This document shows positions 50,767 to 63,869 of a stretch of 64,000 nucleotides of DNA, in pieces. Numbering within the stretch: the first letter of the stretch is position 1; each line of letters opens with the position of its first letter. A program made the position numbers and the translations under genes. Source of the stretch: Carcharhinus amblyrhynchos (Eukaryota); contig OZ336870.1 of the NCBI GenBank assembly GCA_965287045.1, forward strand, positions 123,814,001-123,878,000, read 5' to 3'. The notes beneath the pieces were generated by a model that had not been told where the DNA came from, ran no database searches, and saw nothing but the letters and a program-made list of their open reading frames with translations.

Positions 50767-52059
50767 TTTTCTTACTATTACCAGGCATCCTTGCACATGA
50801 TCTTCAAGGTGTTTTGACTACATTCGGAAGTTTAAGAAAATCCCATATTCCATTCATGGAGGAGGGGGCGGGAGGATACGCAGTGACCTTTGAAATTACA
50901 AATGTGAACACTGGACCTTATTATCGAATTTGTGTTGCTGGTACAAGTGTGATTTTGTGATTAAAATGTTGATACTAATGCCGGGAATATTGTTATTTTC
51001 CTCGGTGTAAGAGCCTGAGAGCCGTGCTAAACGATCGACCTATTGAAACCTATTCCGATTAAAAAGAAAGCATGAGTGGACCTATTCCAAAACAAGGGGC
51101 AGTTTGAGAAATACTCTTCCTTAATTACAGCTTGAAATCTATCAGTCTGTCTCCCCGGAGTAACCGAGAGATAATTCCCATTTAATGGCGAATCAGCTTG
51201 CGTGCTAACAGCAAAATCGAACCCCCCCTTCCCGGCAGTTCTGTGCTTCCAGCTTATCCAACTTACCTTGCTCCGTGATCTCAGTAAAAAGTTGACAGTC
51301 ATTGGTGGAAGCTGATCATCGCGCTACCTTTAAACATGACAATAACAAAACAAAAGCACAACCGAGTAATCGCTGCCCCAATCATCCGAGTTCACACTTA
51401 GCTATTTAGTTCCACCCTGTATGAACTGTGTGTCAACACTCCCAGTGGAACCTCTTTTATTTTCTCTCTCTATGCGAATATGGCATTCTCTGGATGCTAA
51501 ATGTGGATGTGTATTGAAGTAAGTTTCGCTGCATCGTCTGATCATTTAATATTTGAGCGAAATTTTTATAAATGCATTCGGGCAGGGAAGTCCCCCATAT
51601 GCTGGATATAGGAACATGAATAGGCTATTCAGCCCCTTAAACTTGTTCCGCCGTTTAATTAGATAATTCCTAATTCATACCATCACTCCAACTGCCCTCC
51701 TTAATACACATATTTCACGTAAAGTTATGAACCTCGATTTTTATTGAATTGACCTAGTCTTCTGGGACACAGAATTCCAGCCTTGCACCACCCTCTGTGG
51801 TAGTGCTTCTTGATATCGATTCGTTTCCAGTTTCAAAGTTTATACCCCCTTGTTCTGGACTAACCGCGCCGCACCCCGCTCCCCTCTGCGCACCCCCCCC
51901 CCCGCCCCACACACATCTCACACACACACACACACACACGCATGCACACCCCCAGCCCCACAGAAAATTATTTCTCGCTATGGACCTTATCAATTCCTTA
52001 GATCAGCTTAAGCAGCTCAATTAGAGCTCTCCTTTTTCTTTCGATCCAAATTTAGTCAT

Positions 52060-53062
52060 CATACAATTGCAGCACAGAAAGAGGTCATTCGGCCTCCCTT
52101 TCCATTCTGGTTTTCTTCAAATGCCATTCACCTCGTTCTACCCTTTGCCTTTTCCCCATAACCCTGCATTGTTTTCTTTAGGTAGTAGATATATTCCCTT
52201 TTGAAATCCACAATTGACTCTGCGTCCAGCACAGACTTTCTGGCAATGCATTACTGGTCCGAGTCACTCGCTGAACAAAAAATGCTTTTCCTTGTAGTGC
52301 TATTGCTTCTTTTTGCCAATCACTTTACATCTCTGTCCTTTGATTCTTGATCCTTCTACTAATTGGGATATTCCAACCACCTCCCCCCCCCGCCCCCCGC
52401 CCCATCATGTTCTGTCCAGTCTTCTCTAGATTTTGAACGTGTGTATCAAATCTCCTCTCAACCTTTTCTTTGCCAGAGAGATTGTTCCCAATTTCTCCAA
52501 TCGATCCATGCAACCAAAGTTCCTCATCTCTGGAACCATCTGAGTAGTTCCTACAGCCTGTCTGATGCCTTCACACCTTTCCTAAAATTTGGTGCCTAAT
52601 ACTAGATACAAACCGAAGTTGAGGAGGGACTAATGTTTTATAAACGTTTTGTCATAGCTTCCTCGCTTTTGTACTGTATGCCACTTTGTATAAAATATCG
52701 TATGCTTTATTAACCACTTTCTCAACTAGCCTTGCCACCTTCAATGATTGGTTCACATTTGTACACGGGTACTCCTATTTGAATTGTACTCATTAATTAA
52801 TTGCATTGCTTTTTCTCACTCTTCCCACTAAAATAAATCACCTGACACTTTCCTATATTTCACCTCTCATTTGTTCGCCCATTCCATCAGATTGTCTTTG
52901 TCATTTTGCAATCTATCCTTATCTTCCATATGGTTCATAATACTTCCAAGTTGTGTGTCATCGTGCACTCTAACTTTGCTGCCACGTCTGCTATGTGGCA
53001 TTTTATCAAATCCATTTTGCAAGTCCATGTGTATCACATCAACCATATTATCCTCACTCATC
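52060..53062 (-). mobile_element. CR1 LINE fragments, decayed
   Basis: Minus-strand EDNMVDVIHMDLQNGFDKMPH…DDTQLG…LQNDKDNLMEWANK, with a CR1 tail near 52060-52100. Confidence 0.8.
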
Positions 53063-53559
53063 GTCTCTGATGGTGGTATAATTCACAAAGGGAGTCTGAG
53101 TTGCTGTGATACACTTCGACATACATATTGTGGATAGTGATGGTAGAGGCTCCAATATTTTTTTCCAGCATATGATTCACCCGAAATCTATTCTGCACTT
53201 ACCACCTGGCATGTGTTGGAAAGATTTGCAGGTTAATTATCAGGCTGTATGGTCATATTATTAATATACTTCTTTGAGCAAGTAGTCCTGGGGTGGGGCT
53301 GGAACCCAGCACTTCTGACCCAGGGATGGGATGTTACGCAATTCTCTACAAGATCTCCCATACCTTACTGTTACCCTATTTTCAAAAATCCCAAGCAAGT
53401 CAGTGAAGCAAGAATTGCCGTGAATTTCCTTAATCCTGTCCTTCTAAGCCACCACTTTTAACCCTGGAATAATTCTGGTGAATCTGTGCCGTGCACCGCC
53501 AAATCAAACAGTAGCTGCAGTTGCAAAGGAATAACTACTCACCCCTCCAATAAATAACA

Positions 53560-53772
53560 TAATACCCCCTACACAAAAATGGATATTCATTCTCCACACG
53601 TAAAGAAATACCCCCCTCCACACATAAAAAAATCCCCCTCGCCACACATAAAGAAATACCCCCTCTCCACACATATATACCTTCTCTCCATGCATAAAGG
53701 AATATCCCTTTCCACACACAAGGGAATACCCCTCTCCACACGTGAATGCCCCCTTTCCACACATAAAGGAAC
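53560..53772. repeat. ~24-bp minisatellite
   Basis: Unit ~aaagaaataccccctctccacacat, about 8 degenerate copies. Confidence 0.8.
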
Positions 53773-53974
53773 GTATAAATACTCATAATTTCTGCAAACA
53801 TCTCACCCTCCTTCAAAATACATGTTACAGAGCACGTAGAATATGGACAGGGGTTCGTAAAGGTTAAAAGAAACTTGAGGCCAGATTAAGATATTAAACA
53901 GCAATGTTCATAAATCGCCCAAACTAAACAAGGCTATGATGGGGTAAGTCCCCAAGAATTGAAACAAGAAAAAA

Positions 53975-54248
53975 ACAGGTTTAAGGCGAGAGGGGAGAGA
54001 TACAAAAGTGTCCAGATGGGCATTTTTTTTCGCTCAGAGAGTGGTGAGCCGCCAGATGTGGTAGTAGAGGCGGGCACAATTTTGTCTTTTAAAAAGCTTT
54101 TAGACAGTTACATGAGTAAGAGAGGTATAGAGGGATATGGGCCGAATGCGGGCAATTGGGACGAGCTTAGGGGTTTTAAAAAAAGGCGACATGGACAAAT
54201 TGAGCCGAAGGCCCTGGTTCCATGCTGTAAACCGCTATGACTCTATGA
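53975..54248 (+). mobile_element. CR1 3' end
   Basis: RFKARGERYK…VVEAGTILSFKKLLDSYM, then tail ctatgactctatga. Confidence 0.8.
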
Positions 54249-57200
54249 CAGTCCCATTTTAAAAGGATGACAGGGATTGATTCTGCAAGTCGTGCGCGAT
54301 CTTAGGGATGGCTTTCTGACCAGCCGACGAGCGGGACAAATAAACGTCCCAGTAAGCAAGTGGGTATTAGGCACATAGGAAAATAAAATAAATATCAGAG
54401 AAACTGGATATCAATAGTACGGAGAAGAGAAGAGGATAGGAAAAGGAATGTTGTCCTTTATCCCAGCCCCGACAATATTCGAGAATGGACTGTGCAGCCA
54501 ATTAGAAATGATGTGGAGATGCCGGCGTTGGACTGGGGTAAACACAGTACGAAAGTCTCACAACACCAAATTAAAATTAGAAACACAGAGCCTCAGCATT
54601 ACCAAACCTACCATTGAAGCACTACCAGCGACTAGTTGAGAACACCGTACTTACAAAAAGAACTATACTTTCGATTTGCACAATAATTTCATGGTGTCGG
54701 TCAGTAAGGTTGTCCGGTGTAAGTGGCGCTTTTTGACTGTATTAACACTTGCTGAAAGCATCACAATTGCAGATGGAGTTTAATCTCTTAGTCAGCCTAG
54801 TTCAACGAATAGTGCTGTTAGAAAGTACAAATCTTTGTGGAGGAGGATTGAAACCATGACCATTTATTTTGGATTATCATTTCAGAAATGAATGACCTGA
54901 TTTGATGGAATTGCCTCAATGAGCAGGGCAAGAGCTGAAACAGAGGGAAAGCAGTTATGTGGGTTGGCGTGTCCTACGTAACTATGAAATCCAACATATC
55001 GGACTAGTTTAGTCATTTACTGGGTTACGTTATTGAAATATAGAGCACACACCATTTCCAAAACCGAAACAGAATTCATATTTTGCAATGTTCAATCGAC
55101 AGATATAACATTGGATCGAGTTTTTTGCAAGCCGATTTTGTATGAAACATTGATCCTGTCACTATGGATAGCAGCTATGAACATTTTCAATCATTTGGTT
55201 GACACTTTCCATTGCGTCCGAGGTATAAAAAGAATTTGAAGCATAATCCTTATGATCGGTTCCGTGCTTGCAATAGGCATGATGCACTGAGAAAATATTC
55301 CCAACGCTGGTCAACCTTTACATTGACATAACAGCGACATATTTGGCCGTTTCTAGCAATCTGTGGAAGACACAAATTCCAAATAAAAATAAAACGAAGG
55401 TCGTGTCCACAAAATTCAGCCGTTTCATATAAATTTAATGTACAGACCATCTGGTCCATCAGAAGTGAAAACCAATTGAAAGAGGTATCCAAATAGTTAT
55501 CCCACTCCAGTCTTTTGCTGCAACATTGCACATTGTTTTATTTTTATAATATAAAGAATTGAAAGTTACGAACCTCTTTTCACCATCCTTTCAGTGGTTT
55601 CTACCCGCTGCGGGATTCTTTTTGTACACGACACCAAGCCATGCCGTACTATGACACTTACATATTGACGGCTTCAATGTCTCCACGTTGGGGAAAGAGT
55701 GCGTGTTGAATGGGGAGAGCGTCATGAATCGCACTTACTTGGATAAACGCTTGGTAAGTTTCCATTATGTTATTTCATGATATTGCAGGTAAAAGAAGTT
55801 CGCTTTCGCTAGTTCAACCTGCCCCTGTGTGGTATTCGGTAGCACCGTTATTATTGCTTAAACATGTTTTTTAAATGTTCGCGCGCGTCTGAAAAATGAC
55901 TTTCTGGCAAAGCGTTATTACTAGCCTGACACGTGAGCAAAGCTACGTTTAAAGACAGGAAAATCCGTTAAAAAGTTCTAGATAGTTTACAAGGCATTTG
56001 CACGATTAATGAATCATAGTGTCCTTTATAGTTTGGGCTTAAATAAAATGCATTAAGCTGGATGGTGATCTAGCGCATGAATTTTATAATTTTAGGAGGT
56101 TTTTTTTAACTTTTCCCTCCTAATATGCCATTGAGTTATTTAAGCTCTTTATCCAGGGGAATTCTGGTTAGGAAACAGCTGGCTGACAGTAAAGGTCTGT
56201 CGGTCAACTCAAGATGGATGCGATTAAAAGCAAGAGGAACCATCCCTGAGCAATTATCACGTTTAACGCAGTATATTGCATATTATATTCACATTAACAA
56301 AATGATGGAACACGCACCACATGATACTTTACAGTAAGCCTTTTGTTTAAAGGCATCTTTCCACAACATGTCACTTTAAGTGCTAATGGGGGTGAAGGTT
56401 ATTTGATATCGATGGGCCGTGAATTACTGAATTAAAACATTCTGCCAGTAGAAGGGAAGTAAAGATTGATCATCACACACTTGGAAATGATCTGGAGTTA
56501 GAACAAAGTAAAACTGAGTTATCTTTCCAAATACTATTCGGATCAGATTTGCATTTCCAACCCAGTCTGTTCCTTTAACAATAAACCCCAGCATGAAAAT
56601 AGGTTTATTGTTTGAAATGAATATATCTATACTTATCTAAACTGCTCGTTACCATACAACAAGTGTGCTGCAGAGTGGTTTTCATTGTCTTTATAGCTAA
56701 GGGAGTCTATCTGAAAATATCGAGGGGAGGGAGGTGCTCCTGGAGACCTCCTCCGCACACCCTCGCGGGTCAGTTTATGGAACTGTCAAAAGCTTGGGAG
56801 CCTCGGTCTTCCAAGGAAAACCCATGTTGTCTATGCGGCAGGGACCGTCTTTTATGTGTAAACAGCATCAGAAATAATGTGCTGGCACATCAACAAATAA
56901 TGAAAAATAAAGGTATCAGATGACAGAAGAACAGAAGTCCCATGACCTTGTAGACCCCGTAGGATCCCTCAGGGTCCAGGAGTGCCAGTTTAAACACGTT
57001 TCAACTTCTTAGTATCCAAGAAACCCCCTCCCCTCCCCTACCACCCTACTATTAGTTACTACGATTTACATCTGCTGAGTGTCTGTGAGGCCAAGAATTT
57101 ATATATGGAAATGGAAGCAATTAACCGCAAAGCACACTTATGGAAGAAGTTTTGTTTGAACGTATCCCCCCTTCATTTTCGCATCAATTGAAGTTGTAAG

Positions 57201-57611
57201 GACTTATTGTAATTACTTTGCACGTTTAGCTTCGCCGAGCTGAAATCACTTTGCATCTGCATTGAACTCGCAAGTGTTCAATTCGGAGCCACTGCTCCAG
57301 TAAACTTTGAAGAGTTAATACTATTCCGTAACATCGCCAAATTTGGTCTGAGACGGAATCTACATTTAATGCATTTGTGAACTGGATTTTAAAAAGTGAG
57401 ATGGGGATCCTCCGCCGCGCCCCCCCCCCCGCCCCCGCCGCCCCTTCCCTCGGGAACCGGGGTTCTCCCCTACGCCTCTTTCTAACGGGAGACAATTCTG
57501 GCGCTGAGAATATAATCATGCCCCAACCTTTCCCTCGGACCTCAGACATCGTGGTTTCACGCTAATTCCCTGGCGAGCTTCTGTTATTGCAGGTTTAAGC
57601 TGATGGTCATG

Positions 57612-58135
57612 AGGTATGAGTTCAAATCCCAGTATGACAGTTGAAGAATTAATCAGTTAATAAATCTGGAATTTCAAAAAACAACTAGTAACAACAGTAA
57701 TGACGATCATATCAGCATTGAATTGTTGTACAAAAAATCTGGTTCACTAAAGGTGAAGGAACTCTGCTGTCCTGACACTATCTGGTCTACAATGTGATCA
57801 CAGTAAGAAGTCTCACAACACCAGGTTAAAGTCCAACAGATTTATTTGGTAGCAAAAGCCGCTAGCGTTGCTCCGAAAGCTAGTGGCTTTTGCTACCAAA
57901 TAAATCTGTTGGACTTTAACCTGGTGTTGTGAGACTTTTTACTGTGTTTACCCCTGTCCAACGCCGGCATCTGCACATCATGACTACAGTGTGACTCCAG
58001 ACCCACAACAATGTGCTTGATTCTTAACTGATTTGTGAAATGGCCCAGCAAGTCCCTGGGTTAAGGACAGTTCAGATGAGTAACAAATGTTGGCTTTGTC
58101 AATAACACCCTCATCCTGTGACAGAATTAAAAATG
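57612..58135 (+). mobile_element. tRNA-SINE (37630 family) with a nested palindromic Penelope-like insert
   Basis: gagttcaaatcccag…ctggttcactaa…tctggtctac[insert]gtgactccagacccacaacaatgtg. Confidence 0.7.
57798..57983. mobile_element. Palindromic Penelope-like terminal element
   Basis: 68-nt inverted arms (57799-57866 and 57879-57946) plus tail tttacccctgtccaacgccggcatctgcacatcat. A related fragment lies at 54508-54570. Confidence 0.8.
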
Positions 58136-59574
58136 CTTTAGAAAGTAGAACTCTACCTTGTCGGAGCCCGACCTTCAACTATCCTTATAATGAGAGGAAT
58201 ACAGCACCTCGGTTAAAATAAAGAAATCAGATTTTTTAAAAAACATGTCTTATTCACCGACAATCTGTTTGACACAATTTTCAAAAAGGTCAAACTTGAT
58301 CTGAGCTCAAAAGCTAAAATTCCTTCACAAACCATGCGTATATTTCCCCCGGACATTTTACCCAACCTTCTCCTAACACTCGTTCAAACAGCTTAACTTA
58401 TTTCTCAAAGACTTTTACTTTCCGAGACAGGCCGATAGTTTAAGGACATGCCATCAAGCGATTTCCAGTTCAGCCAGGATTGGATGCGTTAAAAGTAGAC
58501 AGCTCTTTACCTCCTCCTAAATCTAATCATCCGGTTCTGTGTTCGGCTGTTTGTCTTTCGCCCTGTGCGTGAACCCAGTAAAGTGGAATTTGCTCCCATC
58601 CCGAGGTGGGCCGAGCGAGTGGATTCTTCTCGCAACAGTTTTGGCAACATAGTCTGGGGAGAAATCTCACCGGGCTCTCCCTGATCATTCCGCGGTACAA
58701 AGATGACTTTTCGCTGTCTCCTTAGTTCTGCAGCTCCCTCTCCTCTTGGAACCCCAGCTGCCCAATCCTGCGGTCCGTCCAAACACTGGGATTTCATCCG
58801 TCTCATCGGAGCTTGCTTTCCTTAAGTAATAATGTCCATGTATACAAGTGGACAAAAGTGTTGGTTCAGTTGGGAAGAAAAACAATGTTCCCTTCGGCTT
58901 GTATCTTGATCTGTCTTGACTGCAGTAGAGAGGAAGGTTTTTTTTAAGTAATGTATTATTATTGCGGTTACACCACCGATTAAAACAAAAATACTGTAAA
59001 GTGAGACTGGAAAAGGAACTTCCGAATATTACCGCAAACCTCCCAGAGAATCTGTCCTCTTATCATGTCCAATGCAATTGGACAAAGTGGTTTACAGAGA
59101 GTCCTTTCCCCCAGTTACTCTTACACAGTTGTCATCATGAATAATAAGTTTTCTTTCCGTGTATCAATGCGGGAGATGATCTCTATCGAGCGGCGGCTAA
59201 AATTCAGTCACTTCTTCCCATCTGGCGCGGATTGTGACTTGTCTCGGCAATATCGCCTGGCGTGTTCAATAGAACATCGATTGTGTTTTGGCAGTTTATT
59301 TCCGTGGACTCACTGAAGTTATTAAATCTGAAACACAGCCACAGGATAGAATCCACTTGAGAATCGTGTCAGTCGTAACAACTCTGGCTTCCCCCGGAAC
59401 ATAACTGCGTTTGGGCTTTGCCTGGGAGTTAAGTGTGTCGTCGATGTGAAAACTAGTGACTGATGCTCATTGGAAATTGGCGATGAAACACGGTTTCACT
59501 GGGCCAGGCCAGCATCAGTACCTGCCCCGCACACTTATTCAAACACACGGTGCATTTCAAACCAGAAACATTTA

Positions 59575-59872
59575 AAATTTATTTCTTAGTGCCACAAGTA
59601 GGCTTACATTAACACTGCAGTGAAGTTACTGTGAAAATCTCCTAGTTGCACACTCCGGCACCTATTGGGGTACACTGAGGGAGATTTTAGCATGGCCAAT
59701 ACACCTAACCAGCATGACTTTCAGACTGTAGGAGGAAACCGGAGCACCCGGACGAAACCCACGCAGAGACAGGACGAATGTGCAAACTCCACACAGTCAG
59801 TGACCCAAGGCTGAAATTGAAGCTGTCTCCCTGGTGCTGTGAGGCAGCAGTGCCAACCAGTGTGCCACGGTG
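59575..59872 (-). mobile_element. HE1/V-SINE-like SINE
   Basis: Reverse complement of the 4140-4446 family. Confidence 0.85.
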
Positions 59873-61175
59873 CTGCTCTAAATATTCAACAGGCCATGTC
59901 GGCATCCGTGCAAAGAAAAACAAAGTTAACATTTCACCTCCAGGAATTTTGTCAGAACGGGAAAAGTTTAGGCGTGTAACCCTTTTAAGCAAAATAAGGA
60001 GGGAGAGGGAAAGTCTGAGATTCAATCACCCAATGTGTGATGGTGCGAGGCACAAGATGATAGTAATGAGACATGAATCAAAGGTCGAGTCTAGAGGAGG
60101 GGGAATTGAGAAAACAGAATCATCAACAACTGACATCTGAAAAATTGGAAGCAGAGAACAGATGATTGAATTCAATGTGGAGTCGGAAAAGCTGTGAATC
60201 AAAATGTGGCAGATTGTTCCTCGCACTTGTGTTGAGCTTCATTTTACAGTATTGGCAGCCAAGGGCCGACTACCAGAGTGCAAGAAAGACTGAGAATTAA
60301 AAGCACGGGTGTCAGGAAGATCATAGGCATGCTTGTGATGGCGGTGGTCTCCCCAGTATAGAGGGCAGGGGAGCAGCCAGTATGATGCAGTAAATGGAAA
60401 GACGTACAGGTGAATGACTCATTCAACTTGCAGCAGTGTTTGGGACTCTGCACAGTGGGAATGGAGGAGGTGCAAGTAAAGGCACTGTTCTCTTCAAATA
60501 AGTTCATAGAATCCCTACAGAAGGAGGCCATTTGGTCCATCGAGTCTGCGCCAACCACACTCCCACCCAGGCCCTATTCCCATAACCCCGCGTATTTACC
60601 CTGCTAATCCCCCTGGCACCTAGGGTCAATTTATTATGGCCAATTCGCCTGACCCGCACATCTTTGGAGTGTGGGAGGAAACCGGAGCACCCGGAGGAAA
60701 CCCACGCCGACATGGGAGAGTGTGCAAACTCCACACAGACAGTGACCTGAGGCAGGAATCGAACCGGGATCCCCGGCATAGTGAGGCAGCAGTGCTAACC
60801 ACTGTGCCACCGTGTCGCCCTATAATACATAAGAAAACCATGTTTTTGGATGCTTCTGCTACATACATTTTGTTCCTGGTCACTTTACCATCTTGTTTTA
60901 CATTGCACCATCATCCTTTGCTCATTTAATCTCCCCAGCCTTTCACCTAGACCGCCCCCAACCACACCCCTACCCCCGGGGCCACCCCCCTCCACACACA
61001 CACACCACACACACACTTCCTTAAAAACGGAAACATCTTTAACTTTTCCCCAGTTCTGACCGAAGGCTTGAAATGTTAGCCCTTATTTCCCTCCCCAAAC
61101 GCTGCCTGGCCTACTGAATATTTCCAACATTTTCTGTCCGTTCCTTTAAAGATTCCTAGCAGCTCCACAGTATTT
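59873..61175 (-). mobile_element. Decayed Penelope-like element with GIY-YIG remnant and inverted termini
   Basis: Minus strand ~60340-60460 reads PTVQSPKHCCKLNESFTCTSFHLLHHTGCSPALYTGET, resembling PLE GIY-YIG endonucleases (FTC…Y[I/T]GET). Ends 59880-59990 and 61030-61130 are imperfect inverted repeats. Confidence 0.6.
60504..60820 (-). mobile_element. HE1-like SINE, full length, CR1-type tail
   Basis: catagaatccctacagaaggaggccatt…gcagcagtgctaaccactgtgccaccgtgtcgccc. Confidence 0.9.
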
Positions 61176-62177
61176 TGTCTTGGCATGAATGTCAAACATT
61201 TACAAACAAGTTACAATAACAATTTCCGGATTAAAGTGATTGTGTCCCTTCGGCAAAATCTAACATGGAATAAATCAGTCGCCCGCAATCGAACTATCTG
61301 AAGATTCGCCTTCTGATCTCTAAATTGCTGCTCAAACAGCAGATCTTCAACTGGTGGGATTTATTTTAAGACAGAGGCAGCAAGGTTGCTTTTAAGGGTC
61401 TTTCAGCGTTTCAGTCAAGTTCTCTGATTCAGCATGTTCTCAGCCTCTGTACCTGTCACTGATACAAAGCACTCCGGCTCGGATTTCCCGCATTGAAAAA
61501 GACCCTCTTCTGTTCAACTTGAAATGTTTAATCTTGCGAGTACAGCCCTGCAGAGCCCCGCATTATGATCCTCCTACCCCTCTCCGAAATGTTTTACTGA
61601 AAAGAACCTCGAAGGAGACTGCGTCCTGAACTTATGAAATCGTATCACTTCAGGCTCCACTTTGTTATGTCTACTTAATCTGCTGAATGACAGATCCCAC
61701 TCCAAAATAAGGTCATCTGCACATAAAACACACAGCTGACACAGTTCAAAGAATTAACTGGATCAGGCAGAATTGGAAATGGGATGTGCATCTTTCTGGA
61801 TTCCTCTTGTCGGTTTATAAATGAAAGAAATTCCCGGGTAGACGGACGGTTGTGTGGATGGATGGGTGAAATACTGTTGAATGTGTGGGACAAAATGTAT
61901 CCAGTGAAAGAAAGAAGCAAACCTCAATTGGACGCGACGAAGTAGCCATGGGTTAATATGAACCAATTTGATGTCTGCCCATCTGCAAGTGCTTAGCACT
62001 GGTTAATTTAAACGAAATTTCCAAACCAATAAACGGGCTTAATTCCGTAGCAAGTAGCACGTCGTCCTGAATTAAATCATTCGGGCATTAATTTAAACCT
62101 TTTAAAAAATGTCTCGACTGTAGTTCTGTGCTAAAACCAGTGACGAATAGGAAAACGTTCAGAATATCAATAAGTAT

Positions 62178-62512
62178 GCTGGCGGCACAGTGGTTAGCAC
62201 TGCTGCCTCATAATACCAGCAGGCCCGGGTTCAATCCCAGCCTCGGGTCACTGTTTGTGTGGAGTTTGCATATTCTTCCCCCGTGCCTGTGTGGGTTTCC
62301 TCTGGGTGCTCCGGTTTCCTCCCACAGTACAACGATGCGCAGGTTAGGTTGATTGGCCATGCTAACTTATCCCAAGATGTGTACGTTAGGGGAATTAGCG
62401 GGTAAATACGTGGGGTCCCGGGGACAGGGAGTGGATAAAATGCTCTGTTGGAGAATCGGTGCAGGCTCGATGGGCCAAATGGCCTCCGCCTGCACTGTAG
62501 GGAGTCTATGAT
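62178..62512 (+). mobile_element. HE1-like SINE, CR1-type tail
   Basis: ggcggcacagtggttagcactgctgcctca…gggccaaatggcctccgcctgcactgtagggagtctatg. Confidence 0.9.
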
Positions 62513-63484
62513 TTCCCCAGAGGTCACAGAAAACGCTGCATTACCTGCTCTTTTTTCATCACAGTACTGTGAAAGGTAAGTGAAAAATATATAATCTTTA
62601 TCCAGCCATTGGATGTGATATTTTGAGAGTCGTCCTTTGGTTGAACTATAAGTAGCTCACGTTTCTGTGTTTTGTTCAATTTAATTCTCTGTAACAATCC
62701 TTGGAAACTATTAATGGATGTAATTCCACTCAACTGTTTCCAGTTCTAACACGCGAAAATATTACTGGGGACAAATGACTGTTTTGTAATGCTATTAATA
62801 CGATGTGAGTTCTCCTTGTCATTATTTTTCTGAGGTTGTTAAAAATGCAGCCCATGATACTCAAGTAACTTTAAATGTTGCTTCTATTTTTCATAACTAT
62901 TCGTGATAATACTTGTTTTGCAGATATTTAATAATTTTTCTGCTGATGTCCAATTAAATCGGACTATTATAACACAAACCATGTTTGAAACTGTTCAAGA
63001 ATTTTTTAAAAGAGAATAATACTTCAATGTTAGCATAATGTAGGTGTAGTATTTCTGTATTAAAATCATATGTTATTGGAAGGAAACGCTGAAAACGTCT
63101 TTTCCTAATAGATTTCTCATTGATTGTAGTGTCAATATCATAAACAACACCAAACGTTGTCATGAATCTATAAACTTATTTGTATCTGTGATTAAAATAA
63201 TTAATTGTAGCCCAGATATGCTGAACACATGCTAGCTTTCAGTAATTCATAAACACATCCCTTTAAGTAATATGTGCTTAGACTATAAGCATTTCTTAAA
63301 GTGAAAAGAATAACTTAGAATTGATTTCAGTGTTTAACTGGCCGATATTTATGTAAATACAATGTGGGAGATGGTGGTGTGGTGGTGATGCCAATGGAAG
63401 AATGAGAATACTTTGAGGACATGTGTTCAAATCCCAGTGCAACTGATGGAAGTTAATCCCCTTTAAAGATGATTGATTTCTTCC

Positions 63485-63865
63485 ATCAGACAAAAAGCAG
63501 AGAGTAGGAACAAATGGGTCAATTTCGGGTTGGTGGACTGTGTTCACAATCTATATCAATGATTTGAATGTAATGTTCTGAAGTGTACAGATAATGCAAA
63601 ACTAGATGGAAATGTGGGAAGAATGCAAAAATGCTTCAAGGAGGTTTGAAGAGGCTCAGTGTGTGGGCAAACATCTGGCAAATGGAACACAGTGATGGTA
63701 TGTGAGGTTTTTTCACTTTGGTAGGAAAAACAGAAATACTGATTTATTAATAGGCTGTAGTGTGTTGAACTCCAGTGGAACATGGGTGTCCTTGTTCATG
63801 AATCACTGGAAGCTAACATGCAGGAACAATAAGCAATTAAAAAAGCAAATGGTGTGTGGATTATA
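63485..63865 (+). mobile_element. CR1 RT fragment, decayed
   Basis: gacaaaaagcagagagtagg…acaatctatatcaatgattt…gtgggcaaacatctggcaaatggaa…aaaagcaaatgg. Confidence 0.7.
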
Positions 63866-63869
63866 GGTG

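Noticed and set aside
58507-58885. GC-rich 99-aa minus-strand ORF, a possible exon of a third gene
   Set aside because: No recognisable homology and no convincing partner exons; more likely CpG-rich non-coding DNA.
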